Shown: piece after piece, positions 27,531-42,560 of the stretch
Layout: the number at the start of each line of letters is the position of its first letter
Position numbering within the stretch: the stretch's first letter is position 1
Origin: Eledone cirrhosa
Lineage: Eukaryota
NCBI GenBank assembly: GCA_964016885.1
Contig: OZ024741.1
Location: forward strand, 284,580,001-284,644,000
Direction: 5' to 3'
DNA: 64,000 nucleotides
Program-made: the position numbers and the translations under genes
Notes under the pieces: generated by a model
The model's database searches: none
Seen by the model: the letters and a program-made list of their open reading frames with translations, nothing else
Told to the model about the DNA's origin: nothing

Positions 27531-27747
27531 GGACTGGCTATTATAACGGCTCTACACATAGACGAGATAAAGAAGAACACATCCATCGTTGGTTTTTGTT
27601 TTGACCCGTTTTCATTTCACAGGTTATTAGCACTGAAATATCATGTTGAAATATACTGGGTACATTGTTTTGTTTTATTTGTCCCCATTTTCCCTTTATA
27701 CATTTCTACCGCATTGTAACGACCTTTTGAAACTTATCAGTCATTTA

Positions 27748-28362
<615 letters not shown>

Positions 28363-29021
28363 TTCGTTTTTATATTTGCAAGATTTTTGATGTGAAAATG
28401 TGTGTTGAAACAGATATTGTTATACTTTGGGAGGATCATGCTGCTAATAAAAACACACGCACGAGTTGTGTTTCACTTCAATTCATTATTATTGGTTTTA
28501 AGTAACTAGTTTTCGGTTAGTTTAATAACCGGATGATTGTTTAGTTGTTAATTGTCAACGTTCTTTCGTCACACATTCTATGACCTCTTTAGCGACTACT
28601 TTCGTTACTTTGTGCTTCTTCTTTATTCTGTTTTATACCGTTTTGTCTTTATGAGCTGAGCACCTGGACTGTGGTTGCATTACATCAGGTATGTGTAGAG
28701 AACATCGAATTAAAAATTATATCTACACACCGAACAGATGCAATTCTCAGGCAGACTAAAGAAGCAACAAATATAAATGAACTCCGACCAAAATTAAATA
28801 GAAAGCACTATTGGAATAATAATCTCACAACAAAGCAGCTGTAGATAATATAAAACACACACAAGAACAAAACTAATAAGATTCACAGACAGACACAGCA
28901 GCCCCCACCCACACTTATAGATGACAAAAATCAGGATAAAAACTAGCTAGTAACAAGTAAGAAAGAGAAGGAAAAACACATGCACCTGGATGTAATGCAG
29001 GACAAGAGACTTCTAGAAAGG

Positions 29022-29056
<35 letters not shown>

Positions 29057-29168
29057 GGGGGGGAGATAGATAGATAGATAGAGAGAGTGTGAGAGAGAGA
29101 GAGAGAGAGGGGAGGAGAGAGAAAGAGAGAGAGAGGGGGAGAGATAGATAGATAGATAGAGAGAGAGA

Positions 29169-29253
<85 letters not shown>

Positions 29254-29679
29254 GATTGTGTGAATTTCGATAACAAAGTTTGTTGGATAGCTGAAAGATA
29301 ATTGGATTGTGTAGTTCTAGATATACTAAGACTGTAAAGAAAGAAAAGAAAAAAAAACGAGGTGGTAACAACTGGAACGTTTCCGATCATAGATGTGTTC
29401 GAGAAACAATGGCCATGGCAGGCCTATCAACTCTTCCTGTCCGACGGGGAGATCTCCCACCCTCTTTGGAGTGGGTAAGAGATGTCTTCTCTTGCGAAAG
29501 TGGGTAGAGTTTTCATTCTGTAAAATCTCTCCATTTTGCCTCATTTCTCCCCTTTTTGGACCACATTTGTTCACGGTACTCCCCGTTTGGGTTTTTAGAG
29601 ATTGGCAGGTCTAACATGGGCTAAATAATAACAACAAAAACAAACTGCAAACATATCATTAACAAAATGGTTTTCTTAC

Positions 29680-30052
29680 CTTGTAAGTAGCGAATAAGTA
29701 CACACATTGTAGCTCCAAAGATAAAGTTCCGCAATAGTACGGGTACCAGTGTAAATGGCATACAGAAAACGGCCAAAAGTAGGTCACTAATTGACAAGTT
29801 CAATAGGAAAACGTTGGTCACTGTTCGCATGCGTTTGTTTTGCACAAGAGTCAGTATAACGAGTAAATTCCCGACAACAGCTAAAAGGAAAATAGCTATA
29901 TATGGAGGGATAAGGATTTCCTTTTGGAAACTATGTTGTATTCTTTTCACTGTGTAGTTACTGGTTTTGTTGTAAACAATGTTAATGCTGAGATCCCTGT
30001 CAATAAATTCAGCGTCAATGGTGTCCAGTATTCCATGCTCGGTGAAATTCAT
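29680..30052 (-). CDS. First coding exon of a cholecystokinin/gastrin/sulfakinin-type neuropeptide receptor (class A GPCR), N-terminus to start of TM3
   Basis: MNFTEH..NKTSNYT (N-glycosylation sequons)..IFLLAVVGNLLVILTLVQNKRMRTVTNVFLLNLSISDLLLAVFCMPFTLVPVLLRNFIFGATMCVLIRYLQ, then G|GTAAGA phase-1 donor at 29680/29679. ATG at 30052. Confidence 0.92.
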
Positions 30053-30265
30053 TGCTAAGAAAATTGGAATACCAAACACAATAATTTACTTAGCTTTCTT
30101 TTATATTTATATATTTAGTTGTATTAGATTAAACTCGTTTTCTTTCTGTTGCGAGGATAATTCCTTTGCCTTTCTATTTGAAAGAATCCATTTTACATTT
30201 GTTTTTATTGTGGTTAACAGCCGATGACAAATTTTGAAAAATACTGCTTGTTATTATTGATAAGG

Positions 30266-30320
<55 letters not shown>

Positions 30321-30650
30321 TAGATATATATAAAATATAAGTACTGAATAAAATCACTTAATGGCCACGTGCGTTAGAATATAATACACCATTGGTTGTA
30401 TATAAATCAATCATATACTTTTGAAGAAAACTTTCTCGGTAATCCTTGAAATTTTCCAAACGTTAAAATGTTTAGAGCAGCTGGAAACATCTCTGGAATA
30501 AAAATTGAAATTTAACAGAAATATTTTTTCACAGAAATTCGTTAAATTCTAATTTTCCAAACAAGATTAAGGTTGTAAAAGATGCCAGGTGTTAATTATA
30601 ACAGCTTAACTCATCAAAAGATTGTATGCACGTATACATATATTATCGAC

Positions 30651-30681
<31 letters not shown>

Positions 30682-30701
30682 TTGTATTCACACGTATATG
30701 C

Positions 30702-30785
<84 letters not shown>

Positions 30786-30803
30786 GTATGTATATATATA
30801 TAT

Positions 30804-30848
<45 letters not shown>

Positions 30849-31279
30849 TATATACACACACACACACACACTCATATATATATATAATATAATATAATAT
30901 AATATAATATAATATAATATGCAATAAAATGTAATATAAGATAATACAGGTGGGCTCAAAAAATATATATATACAACAGCATTCTAATAAATATTGCCTG
31001 TACAGGTAATCAAAGATTGTATACATTTTTTTTGGAGGGGGGGGGGGGGAACCCTACATATAAAAATATTATATTATATATGTATATATATATATATGGC
31101 ATGGTAAGGTCCCGTAATTTCTGATGATGTAGAGGCGGTGTCATGGAATACAGCATTTCTATGGCATTTTAATCCAGGGTAACCCATCCCTCTCAAAGCC
31201 TGGCACAGCAGATTTCTGTCAGAGAAGGAGAGACAGAGAGGAAAAGAGGAAGCAAGAAAGAGATATAGATGAAAATCGA

Positions 31280-31410
31280 TCCCCCAGTATTAGACTGCTA
31301 CATTTCTATCGATCTCGACTGGATGAAAGGCAAAGTTGACCTAGGCGGTATTTGAAATCAGACAGCAATGACTCGGAACGAATACCGCAATGTATTCTAT
31401 TCGACGTTCT
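31280..31410 (-). mobile_element. SINE family A (partial), abutting a Helitron 5' end
   Basis: Core GGATGAAAGGCAAAGTTGACCT. Confidence 0.7.
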
Positions 31411-31416
31411 ACTTTA

Positions 31417-31437
31417 TCTATATATATAAAACAGAGG

Positions 31438-31497
<60 letters not shown>

Positions 31498-32941
31498 GCG
31501 TGTGCGTGTGTGTGTGTGTAAATCCCTAAAACTCGAGAAGTACCCGACCGAGTTTTTTTAAACTTTACACATGTGTTACTTATATTTCTTGAAGTGCAAT
31601 GGGCTAAACAATTTCCACGTTTTCTGCCCTAGGGCTCACATTAGGCGAAAAACCGTATTTTAAAAGGCATTTTAGGCGTTTTTGAGGCGTAAGTTAAAGA
31701 TAATACAGTCGATACCTCGAAATTTGCCGCACACATTAGTTAGTCCCCTCGCATTGCTGTGGACAAAAGAAATTTCCGATTCCATTAATGGTTTCTAGGA
31801 AATTTACATACCATTTTCATTTTCAATATAAACGCTTCTTAAACATCGTAAGTAGCGTATAATATTTCGATAACAATCTGGTTTATTTAACAGAGGACAC
31901 AACACTTACTTACTTTTAAGTAGGACCATTTTCGGGGGGTTGAGGAAATGAGAAGAACCTTAAAAGTTTTGTCGGCGCCCTGTTGACGCTTCGTGCTTTC
32001 ATCACGCAAATCCGGGCCCTGTGTACGTTGCCGTGTTATTGACACCGTAAAACTCACGTCTGTGCTATTTCTACTAAGACGCCTTTTGTCATCCGAAATA
32101 ACAGTGTTATAAGCGTAACACCGAGGAGGTAGGTTATCGCCATTTCTTTAACACGCCTGGTTTACTTTTGTTTTTGTTTCTTAACAAAAACGTCTCTTTC
32201 CTTTGGTTTAAGGTGAACACTTCCAGAGAAGAAACCCTCCGTTGGTTGACAATTGGCGCGACAATTTAAGGCGTATGAATAAATCCTGAACGCATACAGA
32301 ATCATTCTATGGGCTGTCAGGGAAAGCAACCAAATTCCTTTTAAGGGCTGTCAGTGAACGCATACAAAGTCCTTTTAAGGGCTACATGTGAACGCACACA
32401 AGGCTCTTTTGAAATTGTTGATGGTGACCCCATTAGTAAGTCCGAAGCGTTCGGCATCCGATATAACAGTTCGGTCTATATCAGATTGGGTAGATTTACG
32501 AAGAGGCTATGGTCTCCTGTGGGGAAGGCCCAACATGCTGTGCGGTTGCATGACATGTCTTACTCAAACATTGCAGACTTTACTCTGTACAGTATGCATG
32601 CAGGTGGACTAGACATAACTGATGATGTCGGTTCGGATGACTGGGTGCGAATCTATAAAACTCGAAAAGTACCTAACCAATTTTCTCCAAATTGAAGAAA
32701 AATCATATTCTAAGATTCAGTACGCTTAAAGTGTGTCCAGCTGATTTTCTTCAGATTTTGCACAAAACATGTAGATGTTTCACGATTCGGGCCTGCTGGT
32801 GTTCTACGTTTCCAGTAGATGAACAACCATTCCCTGAGAATAAGGGAATTCAAAAAGTACACAGCTACATTCCTCAATCTTTGCATATGCGTGTTGCTAT
32901 TTCACGCTTCTTACCCCGTGCAACGCCGGATTCTGCTGCTA

Positions 32942-32942
<1 letters not shown>
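31417..32942 (+). mobile_element. Non-autonomous Helitron
   Basis: A|TCTATATATATAAAA at the 5' end; CCCCGTGCAACGCCGG..CTAG|T at the 3' end; 5' terminus shared with 33560. Confidence 0.8.
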
Positions 32943-32993
<51 letters not shown>

Positions 32994-33559
32994 TAAAAGT
33001 AACGAAGATCGCTGGTATATATATATTATAGTGTGTATAATTCTGTCGACTTCACAACTTAAACTTTCATGTACAAAGGTAGGTAATCTTCAGTAAAATA
33101 TGGCTAGTAGAACTAAGTTTGTTGCAGTTAAATATCCCTATTATTAGATTTACATCACCCTTTAATAACTTAAAATCTATTTATATGTTTCTAAGATAAT
33201 TTGTTTTTTCCGATAATCTAACATTACCTATAACCATTGGAATTTTACCTATTAATTCAATATAGACACGGTGTGGTTAAAAGGTTTGCGTCACAATCAC
33301 ATTGTTCCAAATTCTGCTCACTTCCTGGTGCCTTGAACAAGTGTCTTCTAATATAACCACGGGTTAATCACTGTCGTGACATGAACAACGGTACTGCTGT
33401 GCACTCTCTGTGAGGGTTTTGATCAATCTTATAAAATTATGATTAATGACGTATTAATTACAAGATACTTTGAACAAGCTGGAGATTATACCAACCAAAA
33501 ACTTTGATACATATTTGGGTCACCGTCGCTAATTTTAAGATATAATACTAATTTGTATA

Positions 33560-36500
33560 TCTATATATATAAAGCTGAGGATGTGTGTGTTAAGGTTTGT
33601 AACGGATTCACGTCCACAATTTCCAATGGATTCCATTCAAAGTCGGGACAATTATTGCTTTTGGTCAGGAAAAGGTCATGAAGCAAATAAACTTTAAATT
33701 CAACAACAATAAGGGCAAAAAACGATCATGATCATTCCCCCTCTCTATAATTTAACTGCTTTACTCTCTCTGTCGCTCTTCACTCCCTATATGACAACAC
33801 TGCAGTGGAGCGTTCCGTATTGACATACGGCTTATCTGGGCCATTTTCAATCGGCTTATTGCAAATAACAACCCGCAAAATAACGCTTCATATAACAGAT
33901 TAATGCTATAGACATATGAATCGGAATGTAACCCGTGCACTTTTTCCTGGGCAAAATTATTCGAACAGACAGGACCTCATTGCCAGAGTGTTCAGACTGA
34001 AACTGGCTAAACTCATGGCTTTAATAAAAAAGGGTGAGGTATTTGGGGTTGTAAAATGTGACATGTTCACCGTCGAATGGCAAAAACGAGGGCTGCCACA
34101 TGCTCACATTTTGATTCGGTTATCTGATAAAATCAATTCAAATGCTTCATTTCGGCTGAAATCCCTAACCCAGCAACTGACCAGGAATTACATGACATCG
34201 TCAAAGCTAACATGGTCCGTGTGAGTCGGGTCCTAATGAGCATCACATGTGCCTGAAAGGGGATCGTGCAGTAAGGGAAACTCAAAAAAATTTGTTGACC
34301 AGGCTCAGACTGGTGGCGACGGGTACCCCCTGTACAGGCGGAGACGGCCCGAGAGCGGTGGCTTCACCACAACAGTAAAGGAAGGTCAAGTAGACAATAA
34401 ATGGGTTGTCCCTTACTGCCCGCTTCTCTTGAAGATGTTCAACGCCTACATCAACGTTGAGTTTTGCAACTCCGTCAAGTCGATAAAATACATATGCAAA
34501 TATGTAAATAAGGGCTCTAATGCCGCAATGTTCGCATTTCAAGCTGGAAATAGCAGGGACGAGGTCACAGAATAGCTGGCGGGGCGGTACATCAATAGCA
34601 ATGAAGCTTTTTGGCGCCTATTTGGTTTACCCCTACACCAACGGCACCCCGCCATCGTACAGCTTGCGGTACATTTGGAAAATGGGCAAAGGGTTTACTT
34701 TACCGACCAAACCGCCGCCAAGTTGGCCGCCAATCCGAAAGAGACCACTCTGACGGGTTTCTTCTAACTTTACCAGTTTGATACTTTTGCTCAAACAATT
34801 GTGTACCCCCAAGTTCCATCCTACTTTATATGGCCGAAACACACTTGGGTGCGAAGAAAGTCAGGTCAAGCTGTTGAAAGACATCCGGGTGTAAAATTTG
34901 ACAGCTGTCTTGGAAGGGTTTACACTGTGCCTCCAAGTTAGCATGAGTGCTTTCATCTCCGCCTTCTTCTGCATGAAGTTGTCGGCCCACAAAGTTTTCA
35001 GGACCTCAAAACTGTTGATGGAGAAATATGTAATACGTACCGGGAAGCCTGCTTTAAGCGTGGTCTTTTGGAAGATGATTCGCAATGGGATTCCACTTTA
35101 ACAGAGGGTGCTTTGTTGAAATCACCTAAAGGCCTACGGGAACTCTTTGCCAATTTGCTTCAAAAGTGTGATCCCAAATCTTTATGGGTCAAGTACAGAG
35201 ACGTCATGTCTGATAACTTCCTGCGCCTGGCTCATCTGCAGTATACTTCAGTGGAAGTTGGTTACAGCGACATTATCTACAACAGAGCACTCATTGATAT
35301 CGAGGACGCCCTCCTCAACATGGGTGGGAGTGAGTTGGCGACGTATGGCTTGCCGTCAACCATCAGAGAGGAAGCTAACACGTTGGCCCCGGATTTGTTG
35401 CTGGAAACAGCATTTGACATCGAATCTCTTTCCCAATACTTAGAGGAAAATGAGCCCAAACTTCCGTCGGACAAAAGGTTGGCCTATTTAACTATCATTG
35501 ACGTGGTTCAAAATCAGACTGGGGGTATTTACATTCTCGATGCTCCTGGGGGTACCGAAAAAACTTTTGTAACGAAATCGATTCTCGCTAAGATTCGTTA
35601 GGAGAAAAAAATTGCGTTGGCCGTCCAGGATCGCTGCTACTTTGCTGCTGGGAGGCAGGACGGCACATTCAACATTTAAACTCCCCTTTGGATTTAGTAA
35701 AAACTGAAACACCAACATGCAATATCAGCAAGAGTTCACACGAAGCTCTGGTTCTCAAAACATGTTGCCTCTTTGTTTGGGATGAGTGCACATTGGCACA
35801 CAAGGGTGCCCTTGAGGCATTGGACAAGACCTTGAACGACATTAGGGATTCTACGGCTCCTATGGGTGGCGTAACCCTTCTGCTATCAGGGGATTTTCGG
35901 CAAACGCTGCCTGTCATCCCCAAAGGGACAAGAGCTGATGAAGTGCGTGCCTGCCTTAAGTCGTCCATGTTGTGGCTCCAGGTGAAGAGTTTGTACCTGA
36001 GCACAAAAATGCGTGCTCATTTGCATGCTGACAACATGTCTGCAGCATTTGCTCAGAACATTTTAGCACTTGGTGAGGGCAAGGTCCATGCGGATGACAA
36101 GGGCGGCATAGCAATCGACTCCCTGTGCAACATTGTGAGCAGTGCTTCTGACCTTTGGGAAGCAGTTTTTCCTAATGTCTCATCTAACTTTAAAAACCTC
36201 GATTGGCTCAGCGAAAGAGCCATCCTTGCTCCGAAAAATACCATGGTTAATTTTATTAACGAACAGCTGATTGAGAAGATTCCCGGTAAAGAGCACATCT
36301 TCAAATCTATCGACCGGACGTCAAACCCCGACGATATCGTTAATTATCCGGTTGAGTTATTAAAATCCCTTCAGCCCCCAGGGCTCCCACCTCACATTCT
36401 TAAACTTAGGGTTGGCTGTCCCATTATGCTAATAAGTAACTTGCGTCCACCAAAGCAGTGCAACGGTACTCGCATGGTCGTCAAGTCACTGACACCCACT

Positions 36501-36817
36501 TGATTGAGGCCACCATTGTAACGCAGTGCGGGCGAGGGGAGAATGTTTTCATTCCAAGGATAAACCTTTTCCCCTCGGCGTCAGATATCCCGTTCGATTT
36601 CCGGCGATCCCAATTCCCGGTGAGACCATGTTTTGCCATGTCCATTAACAAGTCACAAGGGCAAACATTGTCGGTGGCGGGCATCCATTTGGGGGAGCCA
36701 TGCTTCTCCCATGGCCAACTTTATGTTGCTTGTTCCCGCGTAGGGAGCAGGAATGGACTTTTTGCTTACACTTCTCAAGGGATGACACGCAACATCGTCT
36801 ACAAAGAGGTGCTATAG
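33560..36817 (+). mobile_element. Helitron with pseudogenised RepHel (HUH Rep and PIF1-like helicase); 3' terminus not found
   Basis: A|TCTATATATATAAAG 5' end. Motifs VEWQKRGLPHAHIL, VVPYCP..INVE..SIKYICKYVNKG, LDAPGGTEKT (Walker A damaged), VWDEC, GDFRQTLPV, QFPVRPCFAMSINKSQGQTL..FSHGQLYVACSRV. Multiple stops and frameshifts. Confidence 0.95.
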
Positions 36818-37591
36818 GTGTTGGTGCAGGTGTTGGAGATGTTGGAGCTATGCCGTCTGAAAAACTGGTAGGGTCACTCATGGCGGACAGATCTGACACC
36901 CAGCGGCATCAGGGCCACCATCTTGCAACTTTGGTCTACTAAATTCGCTATTGGAAGATTATTAACCCATCATTGATTGACCAAAATGCTAATTGGTTCG
37001 TAACTTTTAATAACCGGTTCAACTTCTTTATGCACTTAATTGATAAGTTTATTCGCTTTCAAGCCACGTTATAATTTTAAATACATCTTTAATGTAATAT
37101 ATCCTTATTTTTTTAATTTAACCCTATTTTTAATTTATCATTATCATTAATTTATCATTATTTTTATCTTATCATTATTTTTTAATATAAACATAACAAA
37201 AAAATGTATTTACGAGATATGGATTCATCCCAAGATAAGCTTATTTCTTCGCTCGTTCTTCTTTAACCTTTTTCCTCATTACTCTGCATATGATTCTTAT
37301 TCTTTCTCTCTTTTTTCTTCCTCTCTCTCTTTCTTTCTTCTCTCTTTTTCTTTTTCTTTCTCTTTTTTTCTCTATATCTCTCCCTTTTTTATCTCTCTCT
37401 TTCTTCTCTCTCTCTCTTCTTCCAACAGTATAATTTAAATAAACCGTTGTTTTTTCCATTTTTTCGGGCATTCATTTGCATACTCACACATTAATCACCC
37501 TCAATAAAAAAATGTTTCCACTATCCAGCGAACCTACAACCATCAAGGTTGTTCCTCTGTGGGTATGTCAACATTTATAAGACAAATGTTG

Positions 37592-37657
37592 TATTTTATC
37601 TAATGAAAGCGCACCAAAATTTGCCTTGGTTGCCCTTGAAATATATATAATAAAATA
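37592..37657 (+). ncRNA. Hammerhead motif of the 66-nt family with G5A core mutation (probably inactive)
   Basis: TATTTTAT-CTAATGA-AAGcGCACCAA..TTGGtTGCcCTT-GAAA-TATATA-TA-ATAAAATA, followed by the same tail as 6570-6612. Confidence 0.7.
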
Positions 37658-38289
37658 ATTATGGTTTTATAAATATAGTTTCCATTTATTAATATAATGT
37701 ATATATATATATATATATATATATACACGATGTTACGAAGTTTCACGTTAAAGTGTTTTTATTGTATATTGACAGTTACATTCGTTTCACAGGTGATTGG
37801 CTCTAGATTCTCGTTGATGTGATAGATCTGCTACCAAAATATTTACGTGAGGTGAAAATGCTTGGTTTTATTGGATTGCTTTCTAATGCCAAATATAACT
37901 TCTGGTAGAGGGGACGGAATTTGAAATCAGAACGCATAGAACCGAAGCAGGCACCACAAAACATCCCGTTTTATTCTTTAACAATTCTGTGAAGCCACAA
38001 CTCAATGGACTAATATTTCGTTTATCAACTACGAAATGATGAAAGGCAAAATTAACCTCGAAAGGATTTGAACTCAGAAGTAGAGAGACAGAGCAAATAT
38101 GTATGTATGGGCCCGTAAGTTCTGAGGCAGACATAGCAGCACATTAGTAACATAATTTCAGGGCTTTCTTTGGGGGTGTATTTTTAACTTAGCGGAACTC
38201 ATTTTTCTCCAGGTTATCACACCCGATTCCTTCATGAGAATGAGTAATAGAAAGGAAGTGACAATGAGATGTAGAGGAAAAAATAGACC

Positions 38290-38438
38290 CCTATACTGGA
38301 CTGATACTTTTTTTATCGATCTCGAAACGATGAAAACAGAATTGACCTCGACAGGATTTGAACTCAGAGGGCAGAGTGTCGGTTGGAATAGCGAAAAGCA
38401 TCTATCCGACGTTTTTGACGACTCTGCAAATTCGCCAC
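38290..38438 (-). mobile_element. SINE family A
   Basis: Core and head on the minus strand. Confidence 0.7.
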
Positions 38439-38804
38439 CTATCGCTGGTTAGCTGCCAATAGGTGGTTCGGTGCCTATGGGTTGGTTCGCCGCCTATAGC
38501 TGGTCAAACACGTACGAAATGGAATGAATATAGGTTCGGTCTCTTGTAAGAAATTTCGGATTTTCTTTCTACTTGCTAAAGATCCAGGTTTCGTGTTTAT
38601 TCTGTTATTCAAATGTCATTTTGAATATTTTTTTCGGTTGCTTTGATATTCATTTCATTCTGTGAATGCGGTAAACCTTTTATACAAATACCTCAGACTT
38701 CCATTAAAAGTGGCGACCATTTTCAATGGATGTTGATTACGGCTTTCTCTTGTCATCCACCGTTACTCTATAGATGCGCAGTCAAATTCAATGCACTTTG
38801 TTGA

Positions 38805-39215
38805 TAAGGTGGTAGTGATGGTGGTTGTGGCGGTGGTGATGATGATGGTGGAGGTGATGGTGATGTTGATGGTGAGGATAATGGGGAGGTGGTGATGCGG
38901 ATGATTGGGAGGGTGGTAATGTTGATAGTGATGGTGAAGATGATAGTGGTGATGGTAGTGCTCATTGATGTTGAGAAAGGTAATATTGGTATGGATTTCA
39001 TGATAGCTGCGTTGCTATGGATGTGATGGTAGTAATGTTGGTGATGATGATGATATTTGTAGCGATTGTGATGGCAGTCATGGTTGCGTGGTGGTAACAT
39101 TGATGGTTATGGTGAAAACGTTGGTGAAGATTATGAAAGTAGCGATGGTTACGGTGGTGTTGGTTATAGTAGTGATAGTACTGACAATGACAATTGTGAT
39201 AATGCTAGTAGCAGC
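38805..39215. repeat. Degenerate (GGT/GAT)n low-complexity tract
   Basis: Direct inspection. Confidence 0.85.
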
Positions 39216-41479
39216 TTCAATATAGTAAAATGACTTTTCAGTATTATCATATCTGTATTCATTTAATTGTTTCTACTTTAGGCACAAGGCCAGCAATTAC
39301 CCAGTACATTACTGGTACATATCTGTATTCATTTAATGGGTATTAAATAGGATTTCTATGCATGTATTTGTTGAATGAAGGCATTATGTAACTGAGAGTA
39401 CAAAACTGTCTCCCTTTGACTGTTCATCGCAGGGCCCATGTCCAGCTACCACTAGTTCTCATTTGAAGCTGAGCAGCAGGAAATTAAGTGCCTTGCTGAC
39501 AGACTCAATGCGTGACCCTTTCTGATAATCTAACTCAACTCACAATCTGATTGTCGTCAGCCAAACACCCAAACTACGACGCCACGTGCCCAATCATTTA
39601 ATTATTGACTTCAAGTAACCCATCACCATCCTCATCGTTATTATCGATATCATGATGATCATCATCATCCTCATAATGATCAATGCGGTGGTGTGATGAG
39701 ATACTGTTGATGGTGTTGTTGTTGTTGTTTATATTCTATACTTGTAAACAGATTAATAGATAATTATTACTAGAAGGATATCAATGAGTATAATGTAGGT
39801 CAACAAGCCAGAGCTAATAATCTATAATACTTAATATTAATCTATAATACTTAGTTAATTAATCTCTGCTACACATATCCATTAATATGAAGAAATAGAT
39901 TATCAACCAGCATGTAATACATCTGAGCAACTAATTTCATATACGTCAGATTCAAGATCAAAGATAAGAAAACAAATATACGTTTAAATATTTATCAATT
40001 ATTATGAATTCATTAAGTAGACTCGCTGAAATACAAGAAATTGTTAAAAAGGTATATTAGAGACGTAATAGATTAATACTGATAACATAGCTAAATATAA
40101 AATTAATGAAATTGATATGAATACTCTAGCTATACTGGTAATAAGTTGTATATGATTCTCTACTGAGAATTAAGAAATAAATAGGTAAGAGAACAAAGAA
40201 AATAATTATTATACTTAGGAAACACGAAACATTTGGTAGGTGTATTCAGAGGGAGAACAAAAGAATGAAACTTTCGAAATTATTGCACTCCACGCCAATT
40301 GAGCTATCAAAACTCTTCCAAGAACGCACCTATATAGAGCCAGGCTCAGCTGTGCAGTGACCAACGCGAGAAAAGATTACCGACGTCAACGAACAGGCTA
40401 TTGTCGCGGATCAAATGTACAAGGAGTAGGGTGTTGGTTGTTAGGGAGGAGGACCGAGCAGAGAGAGAGATTGTTGTGTGTGTGTATCCCTATCTCTCCC
40501 TCTCTGTGTGTATGTGTGTGAAAAGTAAACAGAAATAACAAAGTAAACGACACACTTTAATGAGGAAATATATTAGGTTAATGCTTCAAATAACAGGAAA
40601 AATATTGATGCTTATATAGTTAAACAATGAAATGATTCAGCGTAACATCCATTTAATAGTATTACAGCCGTTTTAGTAACAATTCTGCTCACAGTTATTG
40701 CGTCAAGCAAATATTTATACGCGGATAATTGCATAATTAATTTTAGCTGACTCAAATGTATTGTCACTTCCACAGACTTGTAAATAGAATGAAATCAAGA
40801 ATTAATCTGTCTCGCCAACAAGAACAGCTCTGTTAGATATCTCTGATAACATTAAAAATCATTTAGAAGATATAGCATGAAAATAAACATATATAAATAA
40901 AAGGAAAATACCAAATAAAAGGCTTTACTGAGTAATGGAGATAGGGAGGAAGAGGAAAAATAGGTAAGGAATTGGAAAGGCCAACAAAAAAAGAAAGAAA
41001 AAGAAGTAACAAGAAGATAACACAGTAGACACAGTGTTCATATACACACTAATATATAACAACCTTGTAACCGGACTCACTAATTCCAACATGCCGCATA
41101 GAAGCATGATCAGCAACTATGGCGTTTTATTTACTTCTATGGAACATTTGATTTTTTTCATATAAGATGCCATTGAGATACTTAATTTACATTTCTTTAA
41201 TGTTCTGGTTTTGTTGATCAGCATTTATATATTTATAACTGGATGAGATGTTGTAGCATTCTTTCATTTGTGAATTAATAGAGGTTTTTACTGTAGACAC
41301 TATTCAGTGTTAATTCTGATTTCAAATCCCGACGGCAACTTTGACTTTCATTTTTCTTACTTTTAGTTCGATTCACGACCATAGGTAAAGGTTGGCACGA
41401 ATACCGAATTGAAGATAGTGAGTTTGGCTTTTACACCTACTTCTGATCATGGATGAAAAGTTGCATGCTTACCAGCAAA

Positions 41480-42215
41480 AAATCATGCATGGGTATGTTG
41501 CCAGGAAGCTCATAAGCAAAGAAGTCTATCTAGGACCAACAACCGCTATATTGGATCTCACATTTGAAGGTTATAAGAACTGGACATAGCTACAAATTAC
41601 CTGATTCACAGAAGAGATAGAGATGCAGGCGAAATAGCTAGGTGTGACAACAGCTGCAGAATCGAAGATGTCACCCATATCATAAGCAGCTGTACAAAGA
41701 TGACATCACGGTACTATGTACCTATGAGGCATGATGCTGAGGCCAAAACACTATACAATGCAATTCATAGAAAAGATAGTCCTGATAATAAACATATAAA
41801 AAGTTTTAGTAGTGTGGAGGATATATACATAATATGAAAGAATACTGGTGGAATGTTCCAGTCAAAACCCCGATTAAATACAAGCATAACAGACCAGATA
41901 TAATGATATGGGACAGGGAAAAGAAGGCATGCGCAGTAGTAGAAGTTAGCTCCCAAGCAGATGCCAATATAATTTTAGCGAAAAAGAGAATATCTATGCA
42001 GAACTAATGAGAAATGTGCAGATACTCCTCTCTGACTATATCTTTAGATTTATACTTGTGCTCGTTGGGACTCTTGGATATGTTACTAACTGTCTCGGCA
42101 CAAATCGTGAGAAGCTGGGCTTCACAGAACCAAAAGAACATGGCTAGTTAGGAAGTTGCAACTACAGCCCATTAATGGAATTGTAGATATATGTAAAACC
42201 TTTAAGAATTTCTGC
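41480..42215 (+). mobile_element. 3' fragment of an RLE-type (R4/Dong-like) LINE
   Basis: EDVTHIISSC..YVPMRHD..WWNVPVKT..KHNRPDIMIWDREKKACAVVEVS, with stops and frameshifts. Confidence 0.8.
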
Positions 42216-42310
42216 ATATAGCAACTGCATATACTCAACTGCAGAAACATATGCACGTGTACACATATAACTCAAAACTTGCAGATCCACACGGACAATG
42301 ATATCCATAC

Positions 42311-42354
<44 letters not shown>

Positions 42355-42560
42355 GCACACACACACACACACAGACACACACGCACACACGCGCGCGCGC
42401 ACACACACACATACATGTTTACCTAGTTGATGTTATCTAAATTCCAATGAAATAGTCTCTTGTGTCTATGTTAGAAACCAGCTCTTTCTCTATTGTTGAA
42501 AATTGATAAAATTATAAAATCAGAACATACATGCATAGACCCATACATACATACATACAT

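Noticed and set aside
28495-28600. Two partial minus-strand hammerhead look-alikes (GGTTA/TAACC-GAAAACTAGTT and CTAAAGA..GAAA)
   Set aside because: Each lacks an intact core half or stem I.
30053-30079. ORF-track N-terminal extension MFGIPIFLA and read-through past 29680
   Set aside because: The extension starts at a non-ATG codon. The first ATG is at 30052, and homology ends at the GT donor at 29679.
30218-30246. CAG-CCGATGA-..-GAAA-AA-TA-CTG antisense to the GPCR 5' UTR
   Set aside because: Stems are too short, the core is altered, and a chance match is likely in AT-rich DNA.
32354-32695. 113-aa ORF inside the non-autonomous Helitron
   Set aside because: GTG start and no recognisable domain, so it cannot be supported as a CDS.
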